Below, piece after piece: positions 42,412 to 57,816 of a stretch of DNA of 64,000 bases. Positions within the stretch are counted from its first letter, which is position 1; every line of letters begins with the position of its first letter. The stretch is from the human T2T-CHM13v2.0 reference genome, Homo sapiens, in assembly GCF_009914755.1 (NCBI RefSeq), contig NC_060925.1. One strand, given 5' to 3'. The notes under the pieces are model-generated. The model searched no databases. It was not told where the DNA came from and saw only the letters and a list, made by a program, of their open reading frames with translations. The position numbers were made by a program, and so were the translations under genes.

Positions 42412-43009
42412 GTGGGTAGGGCCATTCATCCACTGATAGGCCCGGTAATGCTTGTGGCTAAAGGGTTTAAACGTATTTCTATGTAAATGATACTCAGAGA
42501 GTCCAGATTCCTGGAAGTCTCTATGTTGAATCACTCATTCTGTGACAACCTAAGGCAGTCACATGGATAGGGTCATGGAAAGAAACGAAACTCCAAAGTC
42601 AAAGGCCTTTCAGAAGTTCAGACAGGGTGACAGCTTCACAAAATAGTTTGTCTCCTCTAGTCCAGACTCGTCATTTCACAGCTGATTCCAGGCAGACAGC
42701 CATAGAAGAGAAGTCTCTACTAAACACAGAAGGTTGCTCCAGAGAGAAGGGCTGTACTTCTGTCTGTTCCAGACAGTCATTTTACGTAGATCAGGGAGGA
42801 GAGAGCTACTCTTCTTAGGTCTTAAGATGAAGCAGACTAGAACAATTCTAGTCCTAAGGCTACAGAGAGAAAGTGAAGAGAATCATAAAACACTGATTTT
42901 TTACGTAATTCCAGACTTCCGTGTATAAACATATACAATTTAAGATTTAAGCTGCCTTAAAATCTAAAGCTAACTCGAACAGCTCGGTTTTCAGTTATAA
43001 GGAAAAGAC

Positions 43010-43120
43010 AGCTATCTATCTAAAAATATTAGAAAGATATAGATAGATGATTGATAGATAGATGGATAGATAATAGATCGATAGGTGATAGATGATATAT
43101 CAATAGAGTAATTGATTGAT
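43010..43120. repeat. Degenerate (GATA)n
   Basis: Read directly. Confidence 0.8.
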
Positions 43121-43190
43121 TTATCTGAATCTATACACTCATACATACCAAAGTTTTTTTTTTCCTTTTGTGGTTTTGTTGTTTACTTAC

Positions 43191-43550
43191 TGTTTTAGTC
43201 AGCTCAGTCTGCTATAATAGAATACCATAGACTGATGGCTTAAACAGCAGAAATTTATTTCTCACAGGTCTGGAGGCTGCAAGTCTGAGATCAGGGTGCC
43301 AGAATGATTAGATTCTAGCAAGGGCCCTCTTCCTGGTTTACAGAGGCTGTCTTCCCATTGTGTCTTCATGTGGCAGTGAAAGAGATCATCTCTCTCATGT
43401 CTCTTCTAATAAGTACACTAATCCCATCCATGAGGGTCCACCCTGTGACCTAATTGCCTCCCAAAGGTTCCACCTACACATACTATCCCATTGGGGATTA
43501 GAGCTTCAACATACAAATTTTGGGGGGATACAAACATTCAGGCCATAGAA
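43191..43550 (-). mobile_element. MLT1A0-like LTR
   Basis: 360 bp with typical termini; TSD CTTAC/CTTGC. Confidence 0.85.
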
Positions 43551-44261
43551 CTTGCCAAATATCCAAGCCCCAAAAACCGCACCTGCTGCAATCCCCAAAA
43601 GAATAGCATGGGATCATCAGGAGGCAGTGACCAGAATCCAGAGTCCATCAGATGAGCAGCTAATGCCCATAAGTTTCATACATCCTTGGTGGGAGTAGCC
43701 ATCTCTCCTGGGCCATTGGTGATCTCTGACTATTCACTTTACTTCCTGAAGCAACGCTTCTCAAAATTTAATGTGCATTAGGGTCCAATGGGGAGCTTTT
43801 TAGACTTGCCATTCTCAAAGTTCTGTGGACTCTGAGGCAGGAGGTTTGAGAACCCTACCTTGGAGATATTGTCCTAAAACATAACTGGGTCAACCCTTGC
43901 CCCTCACTGTCACATGATGAGACTCAGGAGTTTGTCTGGGTTCATCTCTAAATTAAGAGTCTCTTAGAAGAGAAACCAAGGTTCCAACCTCAAGTGTAGC
44001 TATGAGAGAATGTTGCACCAAACCCAAAAGCCATGTGGCAGCAGGTGCAAATACCTGGTGCTGTTTTACTCTATGGTACCAGAGTGCCATTAAGTGGCCT
44101 TATCACTGGCTATATATCATATAGGCAGGCCAAAGGCTAAGCTTCTCTACTCAGTCATAATCTGTGTTGCTATGGGATGCTTACGAATCATTGCTGATCC
44201 AGAGGAGTCTAAATTCTCTCTTCCAGGATGAGATATAAGGGTTGCAAGAACTATTTTACTT

Positions 44262-44575
<314 letters not shown>

Positions 44576-46280
44576 AGGACTATTTTACTTTTTACCTTAT
44601 AAGCTTTCTTTTCAAACACTTTAAATTGAGGAATGAAAAATAATCCAGTAAAAGATAAGTCAGGAGGTTATGGCCACACTTTACCCAATATATCCCACAC
44701 ATGAAAGTATTGATTGTTTCCTGTCTTATTACACTGTCCGAGGTGACAGAGAATAAGATCATTTTAGGGCAATTATAATAAGAAGAATGCATTACTAATC
44801 ATGAAACATTATATCTCTTATTCATCAAATTAAGTCATGCATTCAGCCACTTCATTTCCTAGACATTTATAGAAACAGTAAAGGAGGAAGGTGCTTTTCA
44901 TGCAGCCAAGGCATAGCTCAATTCGTAACAATATTTTTGAACTCTTCTTGTATTTTTCTGCCTGAGCTAGGCCTATAGACTCATAACCTCAAGAAGCTAT
45001 AAGTCTTTGTTTTAAAACTATAAATGTGGCATTTATTTCTCTCCACTGTCAAAAACAAAGAAGATGCACAGGCTCTAAAAATGGTCACATTGAATAATTG
45101 ATTTCTTGCCTAATTGATGAAAACATTTTCTTTAAACTTGGAGAAGAAATTAAATGGTTGTAGTAGATAAGAGAAACTAGGCAGACACTTAATAAATGTG
45201 CTAACGAACGCTTTAGATACAGGGATAAAGGCCCATGTTCAGAGTTGGTTAGACAATCATAAAAACAGAAATAAGAATAGAGTTGGTTCTTTAATTACCT
45301 AACGTTGGTTTTTGCATTTCACTACAAGTTTTCATTCAGCATTTCTTTTCTAAGGTGCAATTCACTAAATAATGTGATATTAATTAGGCACAGTGATAGC
45401 CCAGGGAGTGAATTTCCATTTCCTCATTATCAATCAAGTGCTATCTCCTATGGGCAGTAAGTCATCAACCCCAACATATCATTAGCTTCATCATTTTAGC
45501 AAATCAGTTCTGGCTAATAGCTTAAAATTGGTTAAATGGGATGTTCTCTGACATGCAGCCCTGGGAGTGATGAGAAAATAATGGGTCTCTTCTTTAGGCA
45601 GAAGAATAATTAGTAATAAGGAGGTGCCCAAGTTCAATTAATTAATGATTTTCCAACACAGTGAATGATGCTTTAGAATAGAGAGTCTAGTTCAGGATTG
45701 ATCTGTAGCAAAATGAATAAGCAAACCAAAGCAGAAGGATACTCATTAGCTGTTTGTTTTTTTCTGTTTAGTCCAACCCCAAGGCATTTGTCAATCAAAA
45801 ATCTTCCCTACCAGAGAAAGCAAGAATGAAAATGTTCTCTGGCTAAAGAGGTGGGTCTTTAGACCTTTATAGAGTTTGCAAATTACACAGATTTATTACT
45901 ACAAATATTTTATCAATAAAATCCACCCTATAAATACTGTATCAAGAGGCATTCTAACCAATTTGAAACACTTGGTTGGGGATTTTTATGTGTGGGTTAG
46001 CTGGCAAAGAAGTTGACTTCCATATATACTTCCCCAGTTAAGGATATTCCCATCACCAGGACCATGACAGCTGACTTAGTAGAAGGCAAGAGTTGACCAT
46101 AGAAACCGGATCACTCTTCATCTGAGTATCTCAGCGTCACCAGTTTCTTTGTGTGTGTGTAGATATGGCCTCCTTATTTTCTACAAAGGAGAAAAGTAGG
46201 CAGAAGGAGCTGTTTTGAAGATTAAGATTAATGGTATGTATGGCAAATATTGGGACTTCCTGGAAGAAAGATGCTATGGG

Positions 46281-46510
46281 CCAGTTGTCCTGAAGCCTGG
46301 CTCGTTGTTAAGAGCATCTGAGAGCTTCTTACAAATAAATTCTCCAGCCCATAGCTTCTCAGATGTTAATGTGTATAACAACCCCAGGGGACTTTTGTTA
46401 AGCTTCAGATTCTGCTTATTTAGGTTTCGGCTGGAGCTTTTGATTCTGCACTTCTGACAAGCTCCCGAGTGATGCTGATGCTGCTGGCCCCATGGTTTGG
46501 GAATCACTAT
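46281..46510. mobile_element. MER5-family hAT MITE fragments
   Basis: ttctgcacttctgacaagctcccgagtgatgctgatgctgctggcc motif. Confidence 0.75.
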
Positions 46511-46822
46511 GGTAAGCCTTGCTTTGAAATACAATCATTCTTGTGAAAGTGCTTTGTAAATGGTAATGCATTACCTTAATTGATGCATTATAATAAACAG
46601 GGATTGTGTTACTAAGATAACCATATTACAGTTCATTTTAGATATGATGTAATATGTGTAATATGGCCCTCAAAGTGTTTTCTTTTTTCTCTTAATTTGT
46701 TAGTTTTTTAAAATCCAATCTATTAGCAAATTCTGTCAAGGTTACTTTCTGTGACCTACTCCTTTGATTCAGCATCAACTTTGTAAGATTCATTCCTGTT
46801 GTGCAGAGCTACAGTTCATTCA

Positions 46823-47284
<462 letters not shown>

Positions 47285-48510
47285 TTATAGCTCCAAAATA
47301 GGGAAGGATTTCTTAAAAGCCCAGAAAGCACAAATTACAAGGATACCACTGTTGGAATTGATCGTACAGCAATTTAAATTGTCAGCTATGATTTAAGAAA
47401 AATAAAGTTGAGACAAGTGACAATAGTTGCAGTATATATGGCAAAGATTAGTATCTAAAATTCACAAAGAACTCTTAAAACTTATAAGAAAATGATGAAT
47501 GATACAATAGAAAAATGGTTTTGAAGAACAGGTAAGTCACATAGGAAAAAAAAACCAAATTGCTAATCAACAGCCAAAGGAGCTCAACCACACTTCGGTA
47601 ATCAGGGAAAAAAAAAAAAGCGAGAACATTAAGCTACCATTTCATACTCATTTGATTGGCAACAATTTTAGTCTAACGATACAAAGTGTTGGTAAGAACA
47701 TCCCTATTAATGGTGTGGCTGTAAATTAGGAATATTATTTTGGAGATCAATCTTGCAAGGTCTAGTAAAGCTATGTTACTTTCTACTCCGCTGTTCTACT
47801 TCTAGATAGGAAGACTTGTAAGTGATTGTTCATTGCAATATTATTTATATTTAAAAAAAAGATAAGGACCACTACAGTGACCAAAAAAGAACTTGTTTAC
47901 TTGCAATATAAGAGAAGACAGGTAAATCAAGAAACTGAGTATTTCTCTGGTGGGGGTAGGGAGGCTAATTACAAACTGAAGCTTGCACCCTGGATAAGGT
48001 ACAATGACTACATATCTATGCAGAGTTGATTAAAATAAATTAGTAGTAAATGTTGAAAGAGAAAAACATCGTTTAGTATCTGAAACCAAGAAGCAGACAG
48101 CTAGGCTGGTCAAATAGCTCATTAAACAAACTTCTCATCTCATAGGGTAAGTTCTTTGGGAAGAGTTCACGTTGAGTAGTAATGGTTACAGAAGCAGGAC
48201 TGGGTTGATGCTAGTCTAAGAAGCATGGATTGTGTTGGCTACAGAAGCATGCCTTTTGTTAGTTACAGATATGGGAGTATACGTCGGCCTTAGAAGCATA
48301 TTAACTGGAGTGAATCTGATGCCGATTCGTAGACTTTCAAAGCATGAGGCTGTCACTGATGGGCAGCTTTCAGAGGCTGTATTCACTGAAGTGAGTTGTC
48401 ATTGATTTAATAAAGAGATTTAAAAACAATGCTGCTGTTTATTTAATATCAGCTACAGACCTATCACTGATTAAATAGATTTAAAACCAGTGCCAATGTT
48501 TATTTATTAC

Positions 48511-48804
48511 TTCTTTTCTTTTTTTTTTTTGAGATGGAGTCTTGCTCAGGCTGGAGTGCAGTGGCGCAATCTTGGCTCACTACAACCTCCGCCTCCCAGA
48601 TTCAAGCAATTCTCCTGCCTCAGCCTCCAGAGTAGCTAGGGCTACAGGCTCGCGCCATCATACCTGGCTAATTTTCGTATTTTTAGTAGAGGTGGGGTTT
48701 CACCATGTTGGCCACGCTGGTCTCAAACTCCTGACCCCAAATGATCCACCCACCTCGGCCTCCCAAAGTACTGGGATTACAGGCGTGAGCCACTATGCTC
48801 AGCC
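48511..48804 (-). mobile_element. AluS
   Basis: Full dimer with a small deletion near the 3' end. Confidence 0.93.
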
Positions 48805-49410
48805 AGTGAAACAGCATTTGGTTTGATATAACCTAAGAAAGGATTGCTGCAGGTACAAATTTCTTCTTTTATACTTGCAATGGGAAAAAATTGGAGATCA
48901 AATATATGCCCATCAACAGAAGAATAAACTGTAATACATGCATATGCAGTATTCCATAGTTGTTAAACAAAACTGGATCCAAATATGTCAACAGAAACAA
49001 ATATCTAAAACAGAATCTTTAGTGAGGAATGAAAACTGGAGAATATAAAATGTGGTATAATATTTGTGTAATTTTTCAAAAAAACATTAATGTGTTTATG
49101 TGTGTGTGTTTGTAGATCGTCAAATGAGAAAAACATGGACCAGATACACACTAAACTCACAATGATGTCTAACTTGGGCAGGTGTGAAATATACGGAATC
49201 AGGAAAAGAAAAAGAACTTTGAGGCAAATATTAATCTGGGGGTAATTCATTTTTCTGTGTTTCTGTATGTTGCACATTTCTCTAAAATAAAATAAACCCT
49301 AAGCTTTGAGTAATTGTTCTACTTTTTTCATGAACAACTAATTATCTTTTAAAAAACCTTTCTAAAACCGTGGATTGTCCTGCCTGTAACACAAACATAA
49401 AACAGATTAA

Positions 49411-49747
<337 letters not shown>

Positions 49748-50028
49748 AGATAAAGAATGTTTTAACAAGAAAGATGACCTCATTCCCTTAGTACCGTATT
49801 TTAGTTCAGTCAAATTTTGACTGGTGCCATTCTCCTCAGCTGCCGTGATTTCCAATTTAGTTGTGATAAACAGTCTTCTCTGAAAGTTTCCTTGACAGGA
49901 TTTCTCTTTGAAAAAACAGAAGTTGCTGAAGGGAAAAGACCAGGAGTATAAATAAGCCCCTGCCTTCTTGACTGAAATTTTTACTGAGATAATTATAGAA
50001 TAGATCTGCATACAGTTAGAAGAAATAA

Positions 50029-50433
<405 letters not shown>

Positions 50434-50546
50434 TAACCAGTTTCCCCCAAGGGTAAAATTTTGCAGAGCTATAGTATAACATCACAACCATATTGGCATT
50501 GATACAACCTACAGACCTTCTTCCAGCTTTCCCAGTTTTACTTGTA

Positions 50547-51386
50547 CAGTAATTCCTCACTTAACGTGGCATATAGTTTCTTGAAAACTGCAACTTTAAG
50601 TGAAACCAAGTATAATAAAACCAATTTTACCATAGGCTAATTGATACGAACAGGAGTTAAATTCCTAGGTACATTTCTGGTCCCAAAAACATGACCAAAC
50701 TTCTAAATAAAGACCTAAAACACCCCTAATTAGTCTTAAGCACTGGAATAAATGTGAACTATACACACATTTAGGACAGATTAATAAAAACAGGTAAGAT
50801 AATTGTTTACCCAATTTTGGGTGAATTTGTGAATGGTGGTGGTTGTCTGGTGGTGAGTTCAAAGAATAAATGTTTGTAAAGCAAACATTGTCTGGGGCAC
50901 CTCCCACCACCTTGCAGGCCGAAAACAATTACCAACATGGCGGCTTTTGTCAGGCATCATTTATTGTCATGCATTTGGATGATTATAATAGACTTTGTGA
51001 AATTTTATTTTATGATCATTTGTATGCATTCATTCATTTTCCAACCTGCTTATTTCAGTTAAGGGTTATTGGTGGCTGGAGCCCATCCAGGCAGCTCAGG
51101 TCCCAAGGCAGAAACCAACCCTGGATGGGATGCCATCTTACCCCAGGGTGCATTCACACACACCCATGCTGACTCACACCACTGGAACCATGTAGACATA
51201 CCAATGAACCTAAAGGGCACAGCTTTGGAATGTAGGAGGAAACCAAGACACACAGAGAAAACCCACACAGGCATGCGGAGAACCCACAAACTCAACACAG
51301 ACAGGCCCTGGCCAGGAATCTTTTTTTTTCATCAGTGTTATAACAAAATGACATTGAATGAAACGATGTTACTGGAGAACCTGCTG
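50547..51386 (-). mobile_element. MER6 (TcMar-Tigger), near full length
   Basis: TA TSDs at 50545-50546 and 51387-51388; minus strand starts CAGCAGGTTCTCCAGTAACATCGTTTC; 840 bp. Confidence 0.85.
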
Positions 51387-51398
51387 TACTCATGACTC

Positions 51399-51424
51399 TG
51401 TGTGTGTGTGTGTGTGTGTGTGTG
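51399..51424. repeat. (TG)13
   Basis: Read directly. Confidence 0.95.
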
Positions 51425-52679
51425 AATCAGGTACTATCTACTTTTATCACATGTATGCTCAGACATCCACCAGCACAGTCAAGATACTGAGAAGTTCCAA
51501 CGTGACAAGTATCCCTTGTGCTGCACTTCTATAACCCAACCCAAGTCCCTCCTAACTCCCCTCCCCACCCCTAACCTCTGGCAACCACTTGTCTGTTCTC
51601 CATTTCTAAGGTTTGTTATTTCAAGACTGCTTTACGTAAATGGAATTACACAGTATGAGACATTTGCAGAGTCACTTTTTTCATTCAGCATAATTCTCTG
51701 AAGATTCATCCATCATTGTGTGTATCAACAGTTTGTTCCTTTTTATTACTGGGTTATTCCATGGATGTACCACAGTTTGTTTAACCATTTACCCATAGAA
51801 GGACCTCTGAGCTATTTCCAGCTTTTAGATATTATGAATAAAGCTGCTATGAACATTTGTGTACAGGTTTTTGTGTGAACATAAATTTTTATTTCTCTGA
51901 GTTAAATACTTAAGAATACAATTGCTGGGCCATATGGTAATTGCATCTTTAGCCGGATAAGAGCTGTGAAACTATTTTCCAAAGTGGCTGTATCATTCCT
52001 CCCAGGAATGTAAAAGCTCCATTTTTTTTCTGCATCCCTGCTAGGTTTGGTTTTGTCACTATTTTTTATCTTAGCCATTCCAATAGCTGTGTATTGATAA
52101 TTCATTGTGGTTTCATTTGCATTATCGTGATGTTCAATGAGATTGAACTTCTTTTTATGTGCTTATTTTCTAACTGTATAGTCTCTTTGGTGAAATAGCT
52201 GTTTATGTGTTTTGCCCACTTTCTAACTGGATTTTTTTTAATGTTGAGTTTTGAGAGTTCTTTATATATTCTAAATACTAGTCCTTTGATGGATATGTGA
52301 TTTGCAAGTATTTTCTCTTGGTCTGCAACCTGTCTTTTCATCTTTTTCACATATGTTCCACAGATAACAAGCTTTCAGTTTTAATGAGACCCGATTTATC
52401 TACTTTTCCTTTTATGGATTGTGCTTTTGTTGTCAAGTCTAAGATCTCTTTGCTTAGCCCTAGATCCTGAAGATTTTTCTCCTTTTTTCAAAAAGTTTCA
52501 TAGTTTTACATTTAAGTCCATGATCCATTTTGAGTAAATGTAAAAGTGTTTAGATCGAGATTCCATTTTTTTTGAAACAGTATTTCCTCTACATACATAC
52601 ACCCTAAAACCTTAAATCTAAATAGAGGCTATAACTCAATCAAAGAAGCAAAGAGTCAAATAGTTTCTTTTCATTGTAG

Positions 52680-53039
<360 letters not shown>

Positions 53040-53623
53040 TAGTTCTGACATTTTAAAAACCCTCCAAAGGGTGAAACAGGAAATATAATAGCAGCCCTCT
53101 TGCTTTCAATTTCCATTTTATACTGAATTAGGACCTGAACACTCCTTGCGTTAGGCACCATACACCTACACTCTAGAGAAAGCCCAGCGGCCATTTATTC
53201 CTTCCATAGACACCTTGTAGTCTCCGACAGGGAACAGTCAGGGCCCTCACATGATTAGAATACAGGGAGCTCCCTGACAAAAGAGAAGTTGAGAAATCTT
53301 CAAGACAGGAGTGCCTAGCTCTTTGGTGGGGAGCAGGAGAAGTTTCCCCCGCAGGGAGGAGGGGATGAGATGAAAGATTAAACCAGCTTGAATGTGGAAT
53401 GAAAGGCAAAGGGAAAAAAGACAAAAATTCAAAATCTCTGGAAAAACTTGGCATGGCTGGAAGAATGGCTGCAAAATGGAAAGAAATGGCGTCACAGAGG
53501 CTCTGGGTGGGGAGTGATATCCTTGGGGGTAGGTTGGAGCAGATGATTCTGAGTCTCTGTCTCTCCCTCTGTCTCTCATTAACAAAAAGTTTCAGTTCCA
53601 CTTCTTTTTTTTTTTTAAAGGTG

Positions 53624-53691
53624 TTAGGTCAGTGCAAAATTAATTGTGGTTTTAAAAGTAACGGCCAAAACTGCAATTACTTTTGCACCCA
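53624..53691. mobile_element. MADE1 (Hsmar1-derived MITE) hairpin
   Basis: Arms GTGCAAAATTAATTGTGGTTTT and AAAACTGCAATTACTTTTGCAC. Confidence 0.9.
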
Positions 53692-54350
53692 CGGAAAACC
53701 TTAGTCATACTAATTATATTAAGGAACTTATTTGGATTTAATAGAAGAGAGCAAGGCTAATTGAGACTGTGTAATTGTATTCACAGCACATCAGAAGCAC
53801 TATACTGGAGTCGGGAAACCAGGGCTAGACTTCCAGGCTGTCTACTAATCTGAAGAAAATACTATTTGGTCACAGCTTCAGGGTTTACAGATGGGTTTAA
53901 AATGCCTCTATAGTGTGAGTCTTCATCCATCATTAAACATGGAGTGAGTGGATGGGACTCCTCTAGTCACCCAGTTATCGAAAATAAATACAATATCATT
54001 ATCAACAATATGATCATTAAATTGATATGATTTTTACCATATAATGGGTATATCAAACACATAAAAATATTATTTTACTCTTTTTAATCCAATAAAAAAA
54101 TTTGCTTTCTTGGATTAAAAAATAAGTACAATAATTGGAGTCTAAAATTTTGCTGGTGGTTAGCCAATACTGCTTCACTCAGGTACACATTTCCTCTGAT
54201 GATTTTTTAAAATTCTGATTAAATATTATGGAAGTTTGTTTACCTTGAACTTATACTGGTGCCTTTTTTGAATTTATTGGTTGATTCTGTATAAAACAAA
54301 CAAACAGTTTCCACCTCTGAGGAAAAAGACACATAGAAAGTGTGATTTGA

Positions 54351-54704
<354 letters not shown>

Positions 54705-55089
54705 TCACAAACCTTGCTTATACCCCAATCCAACCCCTGTCTTCAACTTGCCCCAGCGTGAGGTATTGGATCCCAGGGCAACGTGCTTCCAGAGACCCCT
54801 CAGTCAGTGTTACACCCGATTTAAGCCAGAAAGCATGAGCACGTAAAAATTCACCAGTTCCCACTAAACCTGAAGTAATTATTCTCATATGAATTGAGGA
54901 GGTTGAGACATTGTAGGGAAATTAGAGTTCTGGGAAGAAGGCTAAAGAACCCCAACATGTATTTTTTAAATTCCAAAATATATTTTCTTACTTCAGATTG
55001 AGTCTAGCACCAAACCTGAGAATTAATTCAATTCACAAGCCAGAGTTAGCTAAACACTAATACTCATACACAAGCCCTGCCCTCCACAG

Positions 55090-56040
55090 ACATCTGGATT
55101 CAAATCTCCACTCTGTCATTTACTAGTAGATGCAAATTAACTTTATCTCTTGGTACTCTTTCCTCTTTAGTAAAATAAGGACAATAGAAGAACCTGCCTC
55201 ATAGGAGTTTGATGAGAACTAAATAATTTAAATAAAATTTCTGATACACAGTGAGGGATCAATAATGGTCAGACACAGATTAGAAGAATCAGGAAAGACT
55301 CCCCAGAAGAAGTTATGCCTGAACCAAATCTTGAACTCTGAAGCAGATTATGTATGTGAAGGTCAAAGAACAACGATGTTCAGGCATGAGCTTTGCTTTG
55401 GATCAGAGGGAAGCATGGGAAGCTGTGGGAAGTAAAGGAGAAGGAAAAGGGGAGGCTAGACCAGGGGAAGGGAAAGCTGGAGATGGGAATGTTTAACATG
55501 TTTGGAACAGAAAGCTCATCTCTGGTAGGACCAAGAAGTTAGAGCTTTCTTCCTAAATCTTTGTGGGGTGTCACTAAAGGATTTTAAGTAAGGACGAAAA
55601 ATCATCTAATTTGCTTTTGGAACTGTAGTTGGGCAGCCAGATGGGGAATGAATAAGAAGGACAAGTGGAGTCCAAGTTCTTACTCAGGAGATTGATGGGG
55701 CACTTCAGGTGAAGGATCATGTTCCCAGCTAAAGCACTGAATGAGTAAGACTCGGGGACTGGTTGAAGGTGGGGAGTGAGGCAGATGACAGAAGTTAAGA
55801 AGATTCCGGATCACTGGTTTGAATGACTGAGGTGGGTGATGGCATGATCAACTGAAACTGGAAACACAAAATAGGTTTGGGTCAGGGAAAGGGAGAGGTA
55901 ACAAATCTAGTTTGGTACATGCCTGGTTGTGGAAGCTGTGAAACATACTAATGAAGCTGTTCAGCTGGAAGTTGAATATAAGGGTCCGAAGCTTAGGATA
56001 CTGATGCAAAAATGTAGAAGTTTGACACCATGCAAGGTCA
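55090..56040. mobile_element. MIR (+) followed by L2 (-) relics
   Basis: ctggattcaaatctccactctgtcatttactag; purine-rich reverse L2 motifs (cactaaaggattttaagtaagg). Confidence 0.6.
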
Positions 56041-56788
56041 CACCAGGAGTGTACATAACATGACAATACTAAACAGGAATACCAATATAGAAAAAGACAA
56101 GCAGAGAAATTGGAGTACAAGGAGAATGAGCATGAATTCATCGAGGTGGAGATGTTAATTTATTTGAGATGTTTGTAATCATAAATCAAAGTATTAGACA
56201 TTGATATAGATTTATAGATGTGTAGGTATCTCTACATGCATATCTGCAGCAAATTTTAACATCACCTCAGGTCAGTGATGAATGAAGAAGAACTTAAAGT
56301 TGGAAAACTAAGATAATCGTATGAATAAATGTGGTAAACTAAATATGGTATAAACAACTTATTTTTCTGGGATTTGTAGGAAGTGATGGTCAATGGATAT
56401 GCAGTTTAGGAGGTTATCAGTGATCAATGATTTAGGAGATTACTCTGTGATCTTATACACTAAGATCACCTAAGGTTTTAGGTTTAAGGTTTTAGGTTTT
56501 AGCACTGTGTATAATTCTCGCTTTCTGATACCTAAGACAGCACTGCATGTAAAGAAGCCATTAGTGCCTACTCATGCCCCATGCTAATAATATCTGCAAG
56601 ATCATGTCTATTTCAGACTCTACTGCATTTTCTAAGTGGAGACACCGTCTCCAAATGCAATGGATGCTTTTACAAAGAGGATCCTCAGAATGGAGAACAC
56701 TCCATAGAGCTACCAGTGGAAGACACGCATTCCCCTTTCTCATGTAAGTGTGTGGCAGGCTGAGAGGCGGTGGGATAACTGAATGAAT

Positions 56789-57285
56789 TGATCCAGGATT
56801 TTTTACTCCTTAGCTCAGCTAGATCTGGGTTCGTGTCTCACAACCAGGAAAAATTAGACACACAGACATCAAAGAGTGAGTGGAGTAGAATTTATTAAGT
56901 GAAAAGGAAAGCACTCAGCAAAAAGAGGGGTCCTGAAAGCAGGTTTGGTTGCCCCCTTCACAGTTGAATACAAAGGCTTCTATATTCCACTGATGGGGCT
57001 AGGTTCCCTACTTGTGTAAGGCATGAATTCCTGGAAGCTCCACTCCATCTTCCCAGTGCACATGCAGGCCCTTAGTCTGAGCCACTCTATATTGATTTAT
57101 TTCTCTGACTGTGCATGTGTTCATGGATGGAATTTTTCACCACAGGCAGGTTTAGGCAAGCCCCCTGTGCAGGTTCCCTTACCTGCACAAAGCATCTGGT
57201 GCAAATATGTGTGGGGCACGTCGGAAATTCTCTGGGGACCCTCCCCTATCTGCCTAGGAGAGTTCTCTGCTTCCTGCCTCTATCA
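56789..57285 (-). mobile_element. ERV1 solo LTR (MER83/MER61-like)
   Basis: Minus strand begins TGATAGAGGCAGGAAGCAGAGAAC; TG...CA termini; TSD GAAT/AAAT. Confidence 0.8.
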
Positions 57286-57535
57286 AAATGACACAGTGAT
57301 GAATGGCCTTGAGCTCCACTATTCCTCTAAAAAGCCCCCTAAGCCCAAGTGTTTCCATTTTTCAAAAAACATTTAGAGGGGAGGCAAAGTGAATAATGAC
57401 TAGGAACATGAGTTTTGAAATCAAACAGACTTGGATTTGAAATCCTTGCTCCACCTCATAATATTTGCTACTGTTGATTGAGTGACTACTAGGCTGGGAA
57501 CTAGTCAGAATGCTTCATATTCACTAATTAAATCT

Positions 57536-57816
57536 TTTTTTGTTTTTGAGACAGGATCTCATTCTGTTGCCCAGGTTGGAGTGCACTAGCATGATCACAG
57601 TCACTACAGCCTCAACCTCCCGGTCTCAATTGATCTCCCTGCCTCAGCCTCTTGAGTACCTGGGACTACAGATGCATGCCTGGATGCTTTTATTTTTGTA
57701 GGGATGGAGTCTACCTATATTGCCCAGGCTGATCTTGAACTCCTGGGATCAAGCAATCCTCCTGCCCCAGCCTCCCAAAGTGTGGGGATTACAGCCGTGA
57801 GCCACCATGCCTGGTT
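57536..57816 (-). mobile_element. AluJ inserted in a MIR
   Basis: AluJ diagnostics; TSD TCACT(A/T)ATTAAATC. Confidence 0.9.

Noticed and set aside
56471-56502. TTTTAGG-like repeats resembling telomeric sequence
   Set aside because: Only about four imperfect units and not TTAGGG; simple slippage
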